Below, piece after piece: positions 46,578 through 57,962 of a stretch of 64,000 nucleotides of DNA. Position numbers and translations under genes: made by a program. This stretch comes from Paramoeba atlantica (lineage: Eukaryota; Protista; Discosea): NCBI GenBank assembly GCA_977017575.1, contig CDRNVI010000060.1, forward strand, positions 434,001-498,000, written 5' to 3'. The notes under the pieces were generated by a model. The model was not told the DNA's origin and ran no database searches. It saw nothing but the letters and a program-made list of their open reading frames with translations. Positions within the stretch are counted from its first letter, which is position 1. Every line of letters starts with the position of its first letter.

Positions 46578-47027
46578 TTTCCCGTAGGGAATTCCGTATT
46601 TTTAAAACTCTTGGAAATGTAATTGGGCCTTTGTACTAGTGTCAGAAATTAAGGAAAACATGAAGGACTTATTCGTGAACTACGGCATGATATTATTTGC
46701 AAAATTAGACAGACTTTTCTTATTTGTATTTCGCACGAATAAAAGTAAAGGGGTGGAGCGGGCGAGCCCCGTCGTAATTAACAGCAAGTAAAGATCTAGC
46801 AAGTACATAAGATAAATATTTAGATGCACTTTTGAGACCATACAAAATTACGTTCTACTACTAGAATAAGCCGAATGGTAAACCGCGACGGAATATTAGA
46901 CGATACACACATAATAGATGACAACAATACAGCTACTAAGTTGTTTATTAAACAATGGATTAATTAATATGTGTTACCCAGAGACGGCTTGTCAAGGAGG
47001 ATTCAACGTGTTGTCAAGGCCCAATTA

Positions 47028-47194
47028 CAAAGCAAACCATACTTAGCCCTCATCTAGTTTGCCCATTAGAAGAAAATAGAAGAACGTATAGCACATGGAA
47101 TGAGTCTAATATTTAATTAGTTACACTTCTGCAAGAATTGAAGAGTTTAGTTTATCCTATTTTTTAAAACAGACGAAATTAAAATGTATGTCCC
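47028..47194 (+). repeat. Isolated B repeat of the VIPER-like family
   Basis: Near-identical to 6524-6690. Confidence 0.9.
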
Positions 47195-47196
47195 CA

Positions 47197-47455
47197 TTTC
47201 TGACGTCATAAATGGTAGCAACTTGTTCAGTTGTGCCTTGGTCAAAGGCTGGGCTTGTTGAAATGGAATTTGCGATCCGCGCCGAATTAGTGACTTTAGC
47301 AGAAGACGGGAATGCGTTGCTAGCTTCCCAGTCTGTACCATCAATGCTATAAGGTGCTTCAGATACGTTTCTTTCGTTTGGAGTGACAAGGACATGTCGT
47401 TTATTAGTTTTACGACACCGTCGTCGAATAATTTGAGACGGCGGGAAGGCAACAT
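47197..47455 (-). pseudogene. YR N-terminal fragment (another family)
   Basis: TKETYLKHL..LIRRGSQIPFQQAQPLT resembles TAHTYAKSL..LQRQGAQIPEHQAPPAT. Confidence 0.6.
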
Positions 47456-47499
47456 TCGTAGCAGGCGGGCTCTTTCTTCCTCTTTCTTCCTCTTTCTTC

Positions 47500-47736
47500 C
47501 GACATAATAGAGGTATAGACAATGCGATCTTCATACTCAGAAGAATCACGGAGAATGTCAGGAGACACAACTCACCGCTATATCTTGCCTATCTGGATCT
47601 CGAGAAGGCTTATGATACCTTACCACGAGAGGCAGTCTGGGCCACCCTTAAGAGGTTGAAAATTGAAGGACCATTATTGGAACTAATTCGCGCACTATAT
47701 AACACAACAACTGCAAGCGTCATGTTAAACGACGGC
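47500..47736 (+). pseudogene. RT fragment of an APE-type (RTE-like) LINE
   Basis: Frame reads IDNAIFILRRITENVRRHNSPLYLAYLDLEKAYDTLPREAVWATL. Confidence 0.75.
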
Positions 47737-47740
47737 ACGA

Positions 47741-49850
47741 AGTTTCTGTACCTTGTTGTACCTTGTTGTTTTTACTACTTTACCTTTCTTTCTTTTATGT
47801 CAGAACCTCCCCCGAGGGCGGCGCCAGGCACGCCGTCGCATCAGCAGCAGAACACTGCAGCAGTGAGGTCCACTGGCGTAAAGGAGCACAACTCGAACTT
47901 TACGGAACAAGCGAATAGACACGAGATTGGATCATGGGACCAGTTTGAGGCAAACAAGAAACTCATCCAAGACGCTAGCACGTACGACGACCTCATGTAC
48001 ACAACCCCCATTCCACAGCATATTCCCCTCAACTGGCAAAAGAAGATGGAACACAAAGCGCAAAGCATCGAGAAAAACCCAACGTCAGATCACGGCCGCC
48101 ACAGCACGAAAGACGAGGAAACCGCTTTTGCCAGTGTTCGGAGAAATGAAATTCTACGAAGAAGTCAAACTGGAGAGTCCTCCTTGAAAATTAAGATCAG
48201 AAAAGAGACAAGACTGAAGAAAACTCCGAAAAAGGTAAAAGTGATACTCCGTAGCTCTGATCTAACGAAGGCGAACCTCGGACAAGCGGACATGTCACAT
48301 GACGAAGGATCGGAGAGCTCATCTGCATCAGGATCAGACATCTCGGAGGACGATCGGGTGGCCGAGGTCGCCGAAGAAACAATGAAAGCTCCGGACCAAA
48401 TACTAAAGATAATCAACGACTGGGGAAAAGGAACTACTTGCGATCTACATTGGAAATTCCGCCACAGCGGTGAGATTTATCAGTCGATTGGAGAAGTTGT
48501 TACGCGACATTCTAGAAAAGGTACGGTCAGGGTAAAGATTTCCTACACACCGCAGCATCAGCCAGGTCCATCAGGATTTCTATATCTACCTGCATCTCAC
48601 AAGATTAACATCTTCCGATTGTTGGAGAAGAAATTTTTCCAGCCTGTCCAAAGAGGGATCCTCCACAAGAATGCGTGCGAGGGAATTGTTCACGAGCTGC
48701 TCGATGAATATACCAAGGGACACGCCATTTTGGCGATCGATTATGATGATGATGATGATGATGATGATTTATTGGGCCTTTTGACTCCGAAGAGTTATGG
48801 CCCCTCAACTCCCCAAACGGGCAGTCCGAATACGTCTTGCGACGTATCCGGAGAGCCAGCCATAGCAAGCTACGGCTGACCTCCGCTTGGAGAGGAGTTA
48901 GGTTGGCGATCGATTATAAGAATGCCTACAATACCCCCGCGCGTCAAGCAATCTTCGAAGCACTCAAGAAAGACGGCATCTTCAAACCTTTCATGCGGAT
49001 TTTTAATCTTGAGTACGGGGACTCGTCTGATCTGCTCTTCTTTGCCAATAACTCGCTCCATTCGATCGTGAAGAGCACTTCTGGTGTTCGACAGGGCTCA
49101 GCGCTTTCGTCACTATACTTCTGTGCCCTGATACAGGATTCACTCAAAGAAATCGAAGAGTCCTTTCCAGATGTAACGGTTCGAGCGTACATGGACGACA
49201 TAACCTTGTCATCACCAAATCCCCTATCCCTGCAGACCGCCTGTCTACACCTGCACGAATCTTCACGACTTCTGGGACTGGAAATGAACTTCCAGAAATG
49301 CGAATGGTTCAAGAAAACAGACACTCCATGGACGCCCCAAACTCTGCAAGCGATGGGGGTAGCCTGCCCGCAAGAAACAGTGAAAATTCTAGGTGCATAT
49401 ATCGGACAGGACGAGATGGTAAGTGAATGCCTAAAGAAAAAGATGGACAAACACAAGTGCCTCTTTCGCCGTCTTCGACTCATGGGACCGAGCAACCTAT
49501 CCCTCGCAATTCTGAATCGGTGCACCATCCCCCGTCAAGACTATCACCTCCGAGTACACAAGCCCGAAGCATCCCTTGAAATCGCCCAGCAGTTCGACGC
49601 GGAAGTAGGCAGTATTATTCAGCATTGGTTTAATGCAACGGGCCCTACTGCAAAACTCGCCACACTTCCGCAATATCTCGGCGGACTCGGACTTACTCCG
49701 TCATGTTTGAAGCAAAAGCACTTTTTCCAAGCGTCTCGCAAAGCCATTGAAGAGCAATCCAAAACCAATAACGCTCCGGTGGTCATAGCGGGATCCAAGC
49801 GAAACAGGGCTCTGAACGAACGTGACAGCCAGAGGAATCCAAGCGATTAG
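47741..49850 (+). mobile_element. F2 element with relict SLs, LsmAD-like domain, internal deletion and SINE insertion
   Basis: SL remnants at 47741-47768; ATG at 47797; GVRQGSALSS, AYMDDI. Confidence 0.85.
48745..48902 (-). mobile_element. 5'-truncated SINE-like insertion
   Basis: 15-bp TSD TTGGCGATCGATTAT (48730-48744 and 48903-48917); (ATC)n tail; splits the RT at AIDY. Confidence 0.85.
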
Positions 49851-50006
49851 CCATGAAAGCAATATAAAAGCATGCGAAAGTAATTTTGAAGACCATTGTA
49901 TCGAATGAGAAAATGTACATAGAAGGTTATTTTGGAGACAGTCATAATTTGAAAATTCAATTCATTGACATTGGCCTTTTTTCACTACTCATAGTTTAAT
50001 ATTTTT

Positions 50007-50744
50007 ATGGTTTCAACACGTTCTCAACTGGCGGATTCGTCTCAAGCTGCACCTGAGTCGGGCCCGCTCTCTGAAGAACCTGTTATGGTTCAGCCTTGTG
50101 GTGGAGATAGCGTTACTGTGGGTACGGGGGAAGATTCGAACATTAATCAAACTTTACAGATAATATTACAGCAGATTTCTGAATTTCGTACGGACGTAAA
50201 GAAAGTTTCAACTGCGCAAGAAAATCTCCAGAAAGAGTTTGGAAAACGTGATGCGGAAGTACGGAATGAAATGAAGATATTGCGCTCCATGACGATGGAA
50301 GTGACCCAAAGGTTGAACGACCGTCAGAATCAAAAAGGGTCAAGCATAGGAACCTCTGATGCGGGTACTAGTGAAGTGCGCCACCACGAACAAGTGAACC
50401 CGAATCATTGTATGAGTCCCGACGAGTTGAAAAAAGTTATTTGCAAAGTTACTTCTCTTCTAGACAAGTACACCGTCGAGCTGGATGTTTCGTGGTACTA
50501 TGAAGAATTAGGTCCAAGTGCTTTGCAAGTCTGGAAAGGAATAGCCTATCCCGGAATTGATGAAAATGGACAACCCTTTTTACAAGTCGACTATGGCCAG
50601 GGCCTGTACGCTTTACCTGAGGAAGGTGTCATGTACAACAATATTAAGATCGTATCTAAGGTTCCGAAAGATGAGGAAACTTCAGATATCTTGTACTATA
50701 TCTTACTATCTTGTGTATGCAGCGAACCAAAGTGTTATGTTTGA
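50007..50744 (+). CDS. Gag-like/ORF1-like protein (coiled coil plus W..WxG beta-barrel-like motif), probably truncated
   Basis: MVSTRS start; DVSW..VWKGI..VDY..LP resembles the ORF at 2754. Confidence 0.5.
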   Translation: MVSTRSQLADSSQAAPESGPLSEEPVMVQPCGGDSVTVGTGEDSNINQTLQIILQQISEFRTDVKKVSTAQENLQKEFGKRDAEVRNEMKILRSMTMEVTQRLNDRQNQKGSSIGTSDAGTSEVRHHEQVNPNHCMSPDELKKVICKVTSLLDKYTVELDVSWYYEELGPSALQVWKGIAYPGIDENGQPFLQVDYGQGLYALPEEGVMYNNIKIVSKVPKDEETSDILYYILLSCVCSEPKCYV

Positions 50745-53480
50745 ATGAGGCATTTATTCCCTTGCATTGAGTGCATCCTGGTAGATGGGTCAGAACCGAA
50801 CGTTGGTTGAGTTCAGTTTGGCATCCGGGGCATCGAATTTCTTTCATTGACGATTGGAGGGGCATTCCTAATCTCGGTAATACCGCTAGCCTAAAAAGAT
50901 GTGACGGTACCAACTTTGCAGTTGACTGCAGCCAGTCGTAATTTCCTTTGAAGGTTGTGGACCTTACTATGTGGGATAGCTTCTGGGATCGTTCGCTCGC
51001 TTCATTGGTGTCTGTGCTATTTCGTATTTCTTCTGACGCACGCACAGCATTTCGATTGACAATCTGAGCTGAAAAAGAATTATGGCGCTCGAAAATCGTT
51101 TGTCGAGATGCTGCGTAAGCTGCGCGTCGTATCGAATTACATGCAGTAAGACCCAACCCGCCTTCGCTAACGGGGAGTCGTGCTAGCTCGATTTGCTCTT
51201 GGTCCAATGGTCCCAACCAATGTTTCAAAACATCTCCTACCTCTTTATCGAACTGAAGTGCCGAATCTTGAGTATTGTCCGGGGCGTGCACGCGCACGAA
51301 GTAAGAGTGTCGGACGTTCACTGATTTGGAGAGAAGTCGGAGTGAAATATTGTTCGGAACCATTATCTTGAGGCGTCTAAAAATTTCGTTATGTTTCTCA
51401 AGCTTCTGCATCAACTTCTCTTTGATGGTTGCATTGTTTCCTATGTACGCTCCAAGAATCTTGATCGCTTTTTCTTCTGTCTTCACTCCGCACTGTTCCA
51501 GTTTTATAGGTATCTGTGCCCCAGATGCCCCCCCGAACCAGACACATTTGGATGAGGAAAGAACCAACTTTTTATCCTCGATCAATTCTTTGAAACGGAA
51601 AAATGCTGATTCGAGTTGGGCTTTATTGGAAGAGCACAGATTCACATCGTCAATGTACGCGAAAATTTTGACTTCCGAGAATTCCATTGACATTGTCTCC
51701 AAGATTGGTTGCATAAGAGTACAGAAGTAAAGGGTAGCCAACGGTGAGCCCTGTCGCACTCCAGCTGTGCTCGGTACTACTCCCGCAAGCTGCCCATATG
51801 TTCCGTAATACAACAGTTCAGATTCCCTGGAGTACTCAGCATGAAAGAGGCGTTGGAAAGGTCTCATCGCTGAAAATGCAAACACGGCTTTTGCGATGTC
51901 AATTCTGGATGGGGTGTTAAAGGCGTTCTTGAGATCGAGCGAAAGAATGCACTGTCCTTTTTCGTACTTGTTATGCAGTGTGTGCACAATCTTTTCGCAC
52001 CCAGCACGGGAGAGTACCCCATGCTGTATGGGTTCAAATAATGGCGCTAGTGTGTTTTCGTACCGCTGTAGGAGAGTTATTCCTGCAAGCCTTGTGATCA
52101 CTTCACCCATTGCTACCGGTCTGACTTCTGTTTCTGATTTGCTAATTGCGACGAGGCGTGATCGATTTAGTCGATTCATAAGTCCATCATTCAAGAGACC
52201 GTTGACAAGGTCTTCCACCATGATGACAAGACTGTTGCAGCAGATCTCGTCATCTAGCAGCAATCGTACTACCATGTCTGTGGTACCAGTCGGGCCTGGG
52301 TTAGCTCCTCTCGCCAATCGTCGTCCGGCGCTTCTAAGCTCTTCGGCATTTATCCCTGCAATGACAGGGGCATCAGTTAGCAGTGGGAAAGCGCAAGGAT
52401 GCTGGGGATGTAAAGCTAAAAGTTTTTCTAGTGTCTCTTTGTCAGTCAATTTGCTCCGCTTAAAGCTTTGGCCCATTATCTTGGCGGCCTTCGTCACACT
52501 TCCCTCAAGGGCTAATCGAGTGGCTCGTTTTATGGCACGTAAGTCGCCCGCTAACTGTTCGTCTTCTATTGCCTCATGTCCGGTAATTATAGGTTTGCGG
52601 CGCCGTTTTCTGACGTAGCTCTTTCGCGCCTCAGCCAACGAGAATTTCATAGCCGACAATGCACGATGCCAGATTCTGTTTCTTTCAAGATAATCGCTTT
52701 GTTGATACATTCTGATTGTTTCACAATACACTGCAACCACCCTCGGCGCAAATTCTGCCGATATGGTTCGGCAGGTCGGAATGGGAAGATGATCGGTGTC
52801 TTGCTCTGTCCATTGATTGCGTGAATTTCCATTCGATGCGAGGCTTGCCTCATGATGGGGTTCGTTTGGATATCCGATTGGACTTTCGGAAGTGTTGCGG
52901 TCTTGCGATATCTTCCATCGTATCATGTAGACTCTAACATTTGCTTGTGGCGGTAAGAAACCTTGAAACGTGTGTCCCTGCTTGTGTCCAGCAATGCCAA
53001 CGTACTGCAGCGTGCTTTTTTTGCATCCTCCACGGGATCGTACTCCAATGACTGTGCCTTCGGATACATTTAGCGAAGGTTGTTCTGAAAGCTCCAGGCA
53101 ACCATGCAGATATTTCCCATCTTGGATGATTTCATCGTTTCTAGAATAGCATCAAATGTTTGCGGAAAATGCAGTTGTGGATTGATAGTTTCCAGCATTT
53201 CTGTTACGACTTGATTGGTGTTATCCTGTTCTGATGTTGTCTGGTGTTGTGTTCTTTTGTCGGAGGGAGGTGATTCACAGTCATGAAAGGCCGCTGGGTT
53301 GTCTGAACAGTCTCCATCGTTTGTAGGGTTAAGTTCATCGATAGTTGGTGGAATAAAAGGAGGAGGATGCATGTTTTCGGAGGCCGATTGTGTAACAGCA
53401 GAGGGGCGTACGTTTTCTTGGATGGCATGCGCTTCGACCTGTTGGTTTCCTTCTTGAACCGTTGAAAGCTCATGTTGTGC
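50700..53480 (-). pseudogene. F3 element, degraded at both ends
   Basis: DHLPIPTCRTISAEF, RQGSPLATLYFC, AYIDDV, CPGC..KHN. Confidence 0.88.
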
Positions 53481-53683
53481 TGTGCGAGTGTGGTGCGAGT
53501 GAGTCGACGGTATCGTTATTTAATTCGATTATTGGCGACATTTAATTTGAGCTAAATTAACTAAAAAACTGTCTAACGTGATATAAAAATTTCCGGCGCT
53601 ACCGTTAAGCGTAGGAACATCGATACCTTGATACCTAATTTATTAGTCATCAGAAATTTTCCAAGAAACTTACGAACCTCCTA

Positions 53684-54610
53684 CTAACGAATGGGCATGT
53701 CCTGACCCACCCATTCGCCAGTATCGTTTAACCGAAAAACACCACCCTGTCGCCAAGTCTTAAACTTATCCCTGCTCCATGGATCTGCATACTTTTCCTT
53801 CGTGCCTACGTAAATAAGCTGCCACCAAAAGGTTCTCGCGGTGGAATAGCTCAAAAAGTCGTGACAGAACTGTGGATATGTTCTCTGAGTTGGACCATTG
53901 CTTCCTGAGAGAAGCATGAACACTCGTGTTATCAACATACAAAGTTGTGCAATGCATTAGATTCCAGTGGGCTTTAAACGCATAAAACGCGTTTTCAACT
54001 GCCAAGGCCTCCGCTTGGTTTATCTCTACTTCCTTGTTCCATGAGGCTCCGGTACCGTACACGGCTCCATTATCCAAAAACAGAACTGCACCCCACCCGT
54101 CGAGAGACGCATCTGTAAACAGGACCGCTTTGTCTGGAATGAACTTTTGGTATTTCCGCCAATGGTTCGGTTGGACCTTCTGGCACCATTCATTTAATTG
54201 CCCAAGCGCGACAGACGGGGGTTGCAGGTCCGTACTGTCGTGGAGCATTCCTTTGTTGAGTTTTGACACTTGGCGTCTCATGTATTTGATAGCCCAGTAA
54301 TATGCTGTCATGGGTATGCGCATTACTCTGGATGCGTAAACGAGGCGTGCGATGAGGGATTCGTAATAATGAAAAGGCGTTTTCTCGGGGATATGAACCG
54401 GAATTTTAGCAATAAATTTGTCAGACATCTTGTAAGACGAGTGCGCGTGATCAAATTCAATTCCCAGCCATTCGTGTCGCGGACCGCGTATAGAGTCTTC
54501 CTCTTTGAATGTGACACCAAGATATTCAGCCCTTTCTTCGACAACTTTTTCGTAGTACGCGCATCTGGATGCCGACCCACAGAAGTGGAATCCATCCACG
54601 AATTGCTCTC
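53684..54610 (-). pseudogene. YR-retrotransposon RT C-terminus and RNase H fragment
   Basis: WLGIEFD, FTDASLDGWG, INQAEA, YVDNTSV. Confidence 0.85.
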
Positions 54611-54847
54611 CGGGAAAGAAACATTAATTTCACAAGTACATACTACTCGAGTCCTAATATTAATCTGCTATTGAAAAATCTCAAAATATTTCAACATACA
54701 TGTATTTCTCATTATCTTTTAAACCTACTATCCATCTGTATGCTGAATTTCCTATATGATGCATCTTTCATTATTCGTACGCAAAAGAATCAAATATTTT
54801 ATACCTATCCTTTTCACCTCCCAGAGAGATATACATCCCTCCCTATC

Positions 54848-55010
54848 GCGAACGGGTGTCCACGCGGGGACCACCCTTTCGCTAGTCACTTGTTTCCCCT
54901 TTCGCAATTCTTTGCTGGCTCAATGGGTCAGCGGGGTTTTCTTTCGATGCTACATAATGGGGTTGAACTGCAATTCCTTCCTTCCTTAAAAAATTCAACA
55001 GCCCAGTGAG
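54848..55010 (-). pseudogene. RNase H tail plus conserved post-stop hairpin
   Basis: ENPADPLSQ; 35-nt hairpin at 54848-54882 matches 1393-1427. Confidence 0.75.
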
Positions 55011-55289
55011 CTCCATACTGATCCCATCCGACTTCGTAGACTTCTTCTTGATAGTTCAAGGCGCGATAGTAAGCGATAGTTCAGGCGCAATTGCGTAGCT
55101 ACTTACCGGATCCGAAAGATGAGTATGCTTATTAGAGTCGAGTCCGAGTCTGGACTTATTTGGTGGATAAGGTAGTAATAGGAAGAAGTGGAAAAGGTAG
55201 GAGGATAAATTAGGAATACGAAAAAAAAAAAAGCTTAAGGATCTACACCCGGAGGGATAACGTCATTAGTTCAAAAAAAAAAAAAAAAA

Positions 55290-55980
55290 AAAATCCCAGA
55301 GAGACTTCTCTCTGTGGGCTCAACCCGGCCTTGCTGCATTCAGCGGAGAACTGTTCCGCTAGGGCGTTGTGCCTTGTAATGATTCCGTGGCCGCACTTGC
55401 AGGCTAGCGCATGGTCCCCCCCAGGGCCGAGTGGGAGGCGACAATTCGGAATCGGGCAGTTGTGACCTTGAGGGTATATACTCTCCCCGAGCCACCAACG
55501 AATCAGAGTCCGAAATGCAGTAGGGGTGTAGGCATGACCGCAGAGAGTTGAGGGAACCGTGAAGGCCCAGTTGGATGCCCCGTCGCCCGTTTGTGAGAGC
55601 CACCTAGCCCGAGTGCGGGGATCCGCTCTTGCGTAATCTTCCTCAAAGTCTCTCGCTGAAATCGCATGACTGAGATCGCGTTGTCGAGGAATCGCCAAAT
55701 CTTGAGAAAGGTCAATATCGGGGGAGGGCGAGAAGGGGCATCTCTTTATGACGGAGTCCTTGTGGATTTTCCCGGTAGATTTGTCCACCATACACCCCCC
55801 TACACGCCGGTTAATGTCCTCCACGGCGTAAGAAAAGCCCTCAGCCTCATTTGCATCCCATCGATCCTTGTCGGAAGCGAAAGCTACTGAAGCTACGTAC
55901 GCTGAGGTGGCATGCATTTCCGCTGAGCGAAGGCCGAGACCGCCGAACTGTTTATTTCTTTGTGCTTGTCGTCGAGCCAT
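55290..55980 (-). pseudogene. F1 post-RT fragment
   Basis: GGLGLRSA..HATSAY, CP..GDHALAC..IITRHNA. Confidence 0.85.
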
Positions 55981-55989
55981 GTCACTCAG

Positions 55990-56919
55990 TGGGCGACAAA
56001 ACGTTTCAACCGTACGCTGAACGGCGTTGTCGAGTCTGCGACATAAGTCCAGTAGTTCGTCTACAAAGTCATTACCAAGAAGGGAAAGCGATTTTATCCA
56101 TTGATCTCGCCAACGCTTTCAACTCACCCATGCGCAGTGACATCGCGAAAGTTGTTTTCGGTCTGTGTACATTGCGACCGTTTCGAAGATTCTTCCACAC
56201 CGAATACTCCGAGTCATCGGAGCTTTTATATTATGGAAAGAATGGCGAGCACTATGAAACGATATACAGCTCTGCTGGAGTTCGGCAGGGCTCTCCGCTG
56301 TCCACCCTATACTTTTGCGCCTTCATGCAGCCCATCTTGGAAACGCTTGCGGCAGAATTCCCACAAGTAAAGATTTTTGCCTTCATAGACGATATTAATA
56401 TGGCGTCCGAGGATCATCAAGCATTGGCCAACGCATTTCTTCGCTTACATGGTCTCCTGGCTGAAAAACGAGTTAAAATGGCAAAACATAAATGCGTGTG
56501 GTTTAGTGGAAAGAACAAAATCCCGATCCCGGAAACTCTTCAAACAGAGGGTGTAAAAACAGAAAACGCAGCGACAAAGACGCTCGGAGCTTTCATAGGA
56601 GATGATGAGGTGGTCAGCGAGTGTTTAGCGTTGTGCACATTTATTCCGCGACGCCTGTCGACGAAAACATGACACATACGTCAAGACCGGGAAGATCATG
56701 GCTGAAAGCTTTCAATGTATACCTGTCCTCTCAGGGGGTGCAATGCATTCAAACACGAAGGCTCTTATGGATGCTCTCGCAGATGCCTGTGGAATGCAGC
56801 GCAAACGCGTTTATGCCGAATTTCAGCTATTGTTGCAGGAGCTTAATGGGGCGGTAGCATATTCACAGCTGAGTCGATACCTTCGCAAGGAGGACAAAAG
56901 TCGGGAATATGCCTTCTAA
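55990..56919 (+). pseudogene. F3 RT and C-terminal fragments (internally deleted)
   Basis: DLANAFNSP, RQGSPLST, FIDDI; FQCIPVLSGG. Confidence 0.8.
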
Positions 56920-57149
56920 AGCACGGAACAATGCGCCTTCGCCAGTGCACTGATTTCAATTCGCTGAGAATTTAACGCTGAGAATCTAAGAACATATAAT
57001 ATAAGAATGAAAAAAAAAAACTATAAAAGTTTACGAAAAGAATTGCACAATGGAAATTTTGATTTTACTTGAACTTGAATATCGTGAAGTTCTTTCAAAT
57101 CAAAACAAAAACAAAAAAAAAACGAAACACATTCCTGCCATTGTTCCTT

Positions 57150-57885
57150 CATATCGCATAGTCTCATGTCTTTCACTTTGCCACATGCTTCGGGATGTCA
57201 TCAACGGCGAAGTTCCTCTGAATGTGCGAAAACGTCTAACCCGATGCAGAATCATCCTTCGATGCAGAATCATCACCCTTCGATGCAGAATCATCGCGCT
57301 AGCGAAACCTCAAAAAAAAAAAAAAAAAAAAAAAAATTTAGCGCAAAAGCTTAAGAAGCATGAAGCAATTTTTCGACGTCTAAAGCTCATGGGGTTGAAC
57401 AACATATCGCTGCTCTTACTCTCGAAAAGCGTAAACATCCGACACAGATACCACACTCGGGTACACACGCCAGCTGCTTCCGAAAAGCTATGTAAACAAT
57501 TCGATAAGGAGGTTGAAGAGGTAATGCGCACATGGCTCGGTAAAATGTCCGACAAACACATCTCCTGGTGTCGACTGCCCGTCAAGAAAGGTGGACTCGG
57601 TCTACCATCATCGGCCGAAACTCGCAATGCTGCTTACAATTCTTCGAAACGCGTTTCTCTAGAGCGCTGTAAAATCAACTCAGCTCGGTTAACGCATGAC
57701 GAAGAGATGATGCGGGAAAGCGAAGTAGTAAGTGATGATGGTGCCGTGACAGATGCAATGTTAAATCAGAAGGTATATCAGGAACTCACTAAGAAAAATG
57801 AGGAGGTAGCACCGTTGGTAAAAGCGTGCAGCGAGAAGGGGAACCACGACTGGCTACAAGGCAGAACGAGATGCATCCCATCCTC
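57150..57885 (+). pseudogene. F2 RT fragment joined through an A-run to an F3 post-RT fragment
   Basis: CLSLCHMLRDVING; LPVKKGGLGL. Confidence 0.75.
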
Positions 57886-57938
57886 CTTTAACGATAAAGA
57901 TACAGTTTCTGTACCTTGTTGGTTTCTGTACCTTGTTG
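57886..57938 (+). other. Tandem SL: full exon (57886-57921) plus 17-nt relict (57922-57938)
   Basis: CTTTAAC...CCTTGTTG followed by GTTTCTGTACCTTGTTG. Confidence 0.88.
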
Positions 57939-57962
57939 ATTTTTTATTGAGATTACTTAAAC

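Noticed and set aside
57241-57296. TGCAGAATCATC triplication as functional
   Set aside because: Local 21-bp slippage duplication within a dead RT fragment
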